DNA of 64,000 nucleotides, from the NCBI GenBank assembly GCA_029953675.1, contig JAMWBK010000007.1, positions 1,178,001 to 1,242,000 on the forward strand. Direction: 5' to 3'. Position numbers and translations under genes: made by a program. The number at the start of each line of letters is the position of its first letter. The stretch's first letter is position 1. Below, in pieces: positions 59,690 through 64,000 of the stretch. This DNA comes from Rhodosorus marinus CCMP1338. Lineage: Eukaryota; Plantae; Rhodophyta. The notes beneath the pieces were generated by a model, which saw only the letters and a list, made by a program, of their open reading frames with translations, did no database searches and was not told the DNA's origin.

Positions 59690-62670
59690 CTACGATTCCG
59701 TCCTATCCGGCTCCTCCTTTACAACATCCATGTCGACGGGAGTTGGCGTATCAACTGGCTTGGGCTCTTCCTTAACTGGTGGGGGGTCCAAGTGAGGTTC
59801 GACTTTCGCTTCCAGCCCCTGCCCTAATTCGCCGACTTGCATTCCAGCCTCCGGCAGATTGCCTTCAGATTTCCCTTTTATGCTGGCCTCCGTTCCCAGA
59901 TTGTCGCGTACGGATTCAATCTTAGCTTGCACACTCTCCTCGTCTTGTTTGACCTTAACTCCATCAACTGTATCAACAGGAAGTCCCGTAGGTCTCTTGC
60001 CTTCGTCGTTGGCATCTCCGTCGGCTGGTTCGTCGACCTTGACCTTTTTCTGGTCAGGCTCAGTGTTGTCCATGGTCGAACAAGCGCAGCAATCACAGTA
60101 GTAGTCAGGAATCGGAAACACTGCAGCTTGAATCCTCCTTAGCGCCATTCGAACTCGTTCGCGAATGAGCTCATCATCACACTCCACTTCTCCGGAGTGG
60201 TGATCCACAACAACTTCTACCAAGTCCAGGACGAGACGGCTCTTGTTCTTATCGCCTTCGACTCCTAGGACAGTACCGAACCGCGACGCTAGCATTTTCC
60301 GGCTAACTTCAAGGGACCTACGACAGATCTCCACAGAGGAGGCAAAGTGAGCATGCCACTTCCAAATGGTATTCAAGCGCTTAATTTTTGCCCTACCTTT
60401 TGTAGTAGTCGTCATCAAGCTCAAACGTGACCGGATCCTTATCAACTAGATCGTTCATCGAGATGCATATTGACGCGATTGAATCAGCAATCATATCCGC
60501 CTTGTACCCTGCTAGCCACTTGATAGCTACAGAGAGTCCGTCTTCTACAGGTTCAACCGACACGCCTCGTCCGACTGTGAAATAGGGTCTGGTCGTTTCC
60601 TTCGAAATTCCCGTCTCAACTCCACCAAACGTCCTTACCACTTCACCAGTGAGCGTCTTAAACGATCGACGAATCGGTACCACGAGTTTCTGGGAAATCT
60701 TCGATATCTTGATGTTCGTGTACGTGCTGAGGTCCTCCTGCTTAACGAGCGTGTGGTTGAAATCCTGGCGGATTATGACGCTCGAGATCTCCATTCCATT
60801 CTCTGGTTTTCGCTTAGGCAGCACTCCTATCGCTTTGCCGATCCTTTCTCCATGGAACTCCAGCTGCACAGGCTGGGTGTTCTTCGGAGTAAAGATTTTG
60901 ATCTTGTGCCCTTCAGAGCCCTTATTATATCGGTCTTCAAGAGCCAAACGAAGGCGCCCCATTTCGTTCGATTCACCGTGTACAAGGACAATATTTGTCG
61001 GCTTCGCTTGGTCTATAAACTGACTTGTCTGCAGAAAGTCAGAGTGAGCTGAAAACGTGATGTAGTCTACACTACAACGCAAGGGCAGGTCCTTGCCGTC
61101 TGATGCTCTCGAGATTGACGTGGGCTCAGTTAGAATGTGCTTCGCAAGGGTTCCATCGACGCAGTATCCCGGAATGATGCATGCGTTGCGCTTATCGCTA
61201 CACCAGCGCTCGAAGAGCTCCCGAGAAAGACCTGACTGTAGCATCCCAGGTGACGCCATGATCACGCAGGGCTGACTGTCATCGAATTGGTCCATGCCCC
61301 GAAGGTTCGAGACGTATTTGAACGCGAAAGGGTTTGATACGTCGTACCTGCTCGCGGCAAACAACGAAAGCCTATAGTAAGACATCCATCTCTGGTCCAG
61401 GAAGAAACAAACTTCCGCTTACCTCTTCTTGACGTTGTCGTTCATCATGTTAATATAAGTCTGGTATACGGTCATGCATCTCTTAGCAAGCATGGACGCA
61501 TAGTAGATAGGCACTTCTTGTAGATCCGGATGTGCTTCCCAAAACTCGTCCAAGATCAGAAGAAGCTCTTGGGCTCTGCCCAACGCGAAAACCGGAAGCA
61601 ATACCCGGCCACCTCGACGAACAGCTTGGGCGACTTTCTGAGTGAACCGCGATTCTCTTATCTTGCGAGGCTCGTGGACTTGCACTCCATACGTACTGGT
61701 TGTCAGACGGAAGGTCAGGAGAGTCAGTATGCTGAGGAAGCGGTATTTGCGATATCTATTCCACTGATACCTTTCAACAATGAGGACATCGGGCTTATAC
61801 GGCGGGATCTCAGCTTCCTTAAGATGCCTATCCTCTTGGCGAGAGAAGTCTCCAGTATACAACACACGAACGCCAGCGATTTCAATCATAAACATTGCGG
61901 CTCCCAGAACATGACCAGCGTTGTACGCCCAGAAGCGAATCCCGTTCACTGTCATCTCCTGATGATAGTCCAGGGACTCTATGCGTTCCATTGTTTTCAA
62001 AATATCCTGGCCACGGTTTTTTCGGTATGAGCTCGTTTTGCTTTTTTGCGACGCTACGGTCTGCGTGTGTGTCGAGCTTCGCTCTGCTTACCTGCTCGTT
62101 ATAGAGATTCTCCTCGGAGCTCGTTGAGTGGCTGCTGACCCGCACAAAATCACTAAGAAGAGCTTTATAGATCGCCTGCAAGAGAAAAGATTCCCGTGAA
62201 TGAACGAACGCCGGCCGTGACGGCTTGCGGCAAAAGTACAGTTGACGTGCGTACCTTAGTTGGATGAGTCATGAATATCCGCGCCTTTGGATTGAAGTTC
62301 GTTCTCTCGAGCAAGTATGGAAGCCCAGCGCAGTGGTCCAAATGAAAATGGGTGATCAACGCCAAATCAATCTCGTCTGCATCGATTGCATCAAAGAACG
62401 GCAAAGAGGCAAGCCCAGAATATGCCGGATGCACGCCGCAATCAAAAAGTACGCTCTTTCCTCTATATTTTACCAAGCAACATGACCTACCGACCTCGCT
62501 TCCCGCTCCAAGCGGGATCACCTAAGAGTCACAAAAAGGGACGTCGAATGCTGAGACTCTTCAAAAACAAATATCACAGAGGAGCCTCAGGGCTCATGCT
62601 GAGGTGTCCATCATACCTCCAAGATATCTCCACCTCCTCCCGGAGGGGAGACTTTAATAAGTTCCGCCAT
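59690..62670 (-). CDS. CPSF3: Cleavage and polyadenylation specificity factor subunit 3 (CPSF73/YSH1 endonuclease), 7 exons
   Basis: [19 protein letters not shown] metallo-beta-lactamase motif, [58 protein letters not shown]. First exon 62617-62670 found manually. Introns 62522-62616, 62176-62254, 62007-62091, 61696-61770, ~61348-61422, 60318-60396. Confidence 0.95.
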
Positions 62671-62776
62671 CCTATCGATGACAGTGCACCCGCTCGACCA
62701 CCAACCCACTGCCTCCTCGGATTGGAATAGTCAGCAACTTTACTTCACGATCGACTAGTGATTATGGCGGTCACCA

Positions 62777-62976
62777 ACCAATTAGATCAAATACGTACAT
62801 TATGTCGATCCTATTAACTATCTATGACCAATTATATCACGTATCTGCTTTATATCAATCCTAGTATCAAAATTAGACCAACCATATTAAGTATACGCTT
62901 GTTACAATTCCGGTTAACTAGATATGACCAATTAGATCAGGTATGAGCTTCTCTATCGATTCTATTAACCAATGAA
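62777..62976. repeat. Degenerate 4 x 50-bp tandem array upstream of CPSF3
   Basis: Units start at 62777, 62827, 62877 and 62927, each with ACCA. Consensus approximately ACCAATTAGATCAnGTATnnGCTTnnnnTCGATCCTATTAACTAnnTATG. Confidence 0.8.
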
Positions 62977-64000
62977 GAGAGTATACAACCACGAACCGGG
63001 GAGGAAAGCTGAAAGCTCAAGGGTTTTGATTCGTCTTACTAGTTAATTCGGTCTATATATATGATATACGGTATCGTTCCAACTTTTTGGGCAAAACATG
63101 AGAATCTGGCTTCAATCACCCCTTCATTTGGTGTATACTCGTTCACTGCTCCAATCTCCCCACAAAACCTAAAAAGCCTCCAAAACTATGGGACCAAAAA
63201 ACCGTGGAACTGATCTGCTCGTGAATAAAAACTGATCGGAGGGGGTCGCTTTTTAGTCTAAAAACTAATTGGGTTTCAATATTAATTTTCTTAGTGCGGA
63301 AGATAGTGGATAAAACCCCTCAATAATAAAGGTTATTGGATCGCATATGATAAAAGGACGTTCTCTTAACTACTTGCCCATTAAAATGGGGGTCGGCATG
63401 GGGAGTTCGTTTTGCCGATCTGGATGGGGGAAAACAGGTACGGAATATTTCCCGTTTCCCTACGCTTCCTAGAATATGACAACTTTCCCATTGCCAGGAT
63501 GTAGAATTCCGAGGTTTTTGCTCCCCACATCATATACCAAAAACGCGTCCCGGATCCTTACGGGGGATAATAAAGCCTACCTCCACTAGAAACCGTTTTT
63601 TTCTTTGTATCGGTCGAGGATTCAGTGAATGGCTTACAAACGATTTTATGATCATTGATTGGGAAATCTAGAAGGGATTGAGATGTTTAAGTACTATTTT
63701 CCATAGTGCCCGAAGCTAATAAGCGTATTCGATTCATATACACCAATAATAGTGACTTTATATTCCGTAGGAAACATGGTTGGTGAGTCGAAGTACGTAA
63801 ATGTCATTAATTATTTCATATATTTGTCCATGTACTCCCGTATGTGTCCATATCACCTCAAAGAGACTACTTTCCAATTCCCGTTCACGGCGTGTCCGAC
63901 TCGAGAAAGCAGAATTCTGATTTTGAAGATTGAAATCCTCGAAAACAGTCTGTTTTCGGTGTAGGCCGAGAAATCTTGCACTCAAGAGCACACGCCTCTT

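Overview
Eukaryotic nuclear DNA from a compact genome with short GT-AG introns of about 65-115 bp. It is most likely a red alga: it has PGRL1 and Phe-Val-containing red-algal-type plastid transit peptides (inference, not a database result). There are about 17 protein-coding genes: two secreted beta-helix paralogues, a serpin, ZFPL1, PGRL1, two plastid-type monoacylglycerol-lipase-like hydrolases, three tandem multi-TM/class-3 lipase fusions, an aldo-keto reductase, UTP23, RPAC2/POLR1D, REV1, a GNAT-like orphan, an RVE8/LCL-type MYB, MUTYH and CPSF3. Intergenic regions hold decayed elements and gene fragments. Most notable: (1) three tandem genes fusing a Wntless/TMEM181-like ~8-TM domain to a catalytically intact class-3 lipase, next to two more lipases (a five-lipase island at 20-39 kb); (2) a 2.1 kb fold-back chromovirus (Ty3/gypsy) remnant with ~800 bp inverted arms and outward-facing LTRs, whose inner ~360 bp are identical while the outer parts have diverged; (3) a 5'-truncated RLE-type LINE with an A-tail and a 14-bp target-site duplication; (4) a 4 x 50 bp CCAAT-containing array in the CPSF3 promoter; (5) a strong sense-strand G skew at gene 5' ends. 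Exon boundaries and family assignments come from manual translation and motif recognition and were not confirmed by searches.
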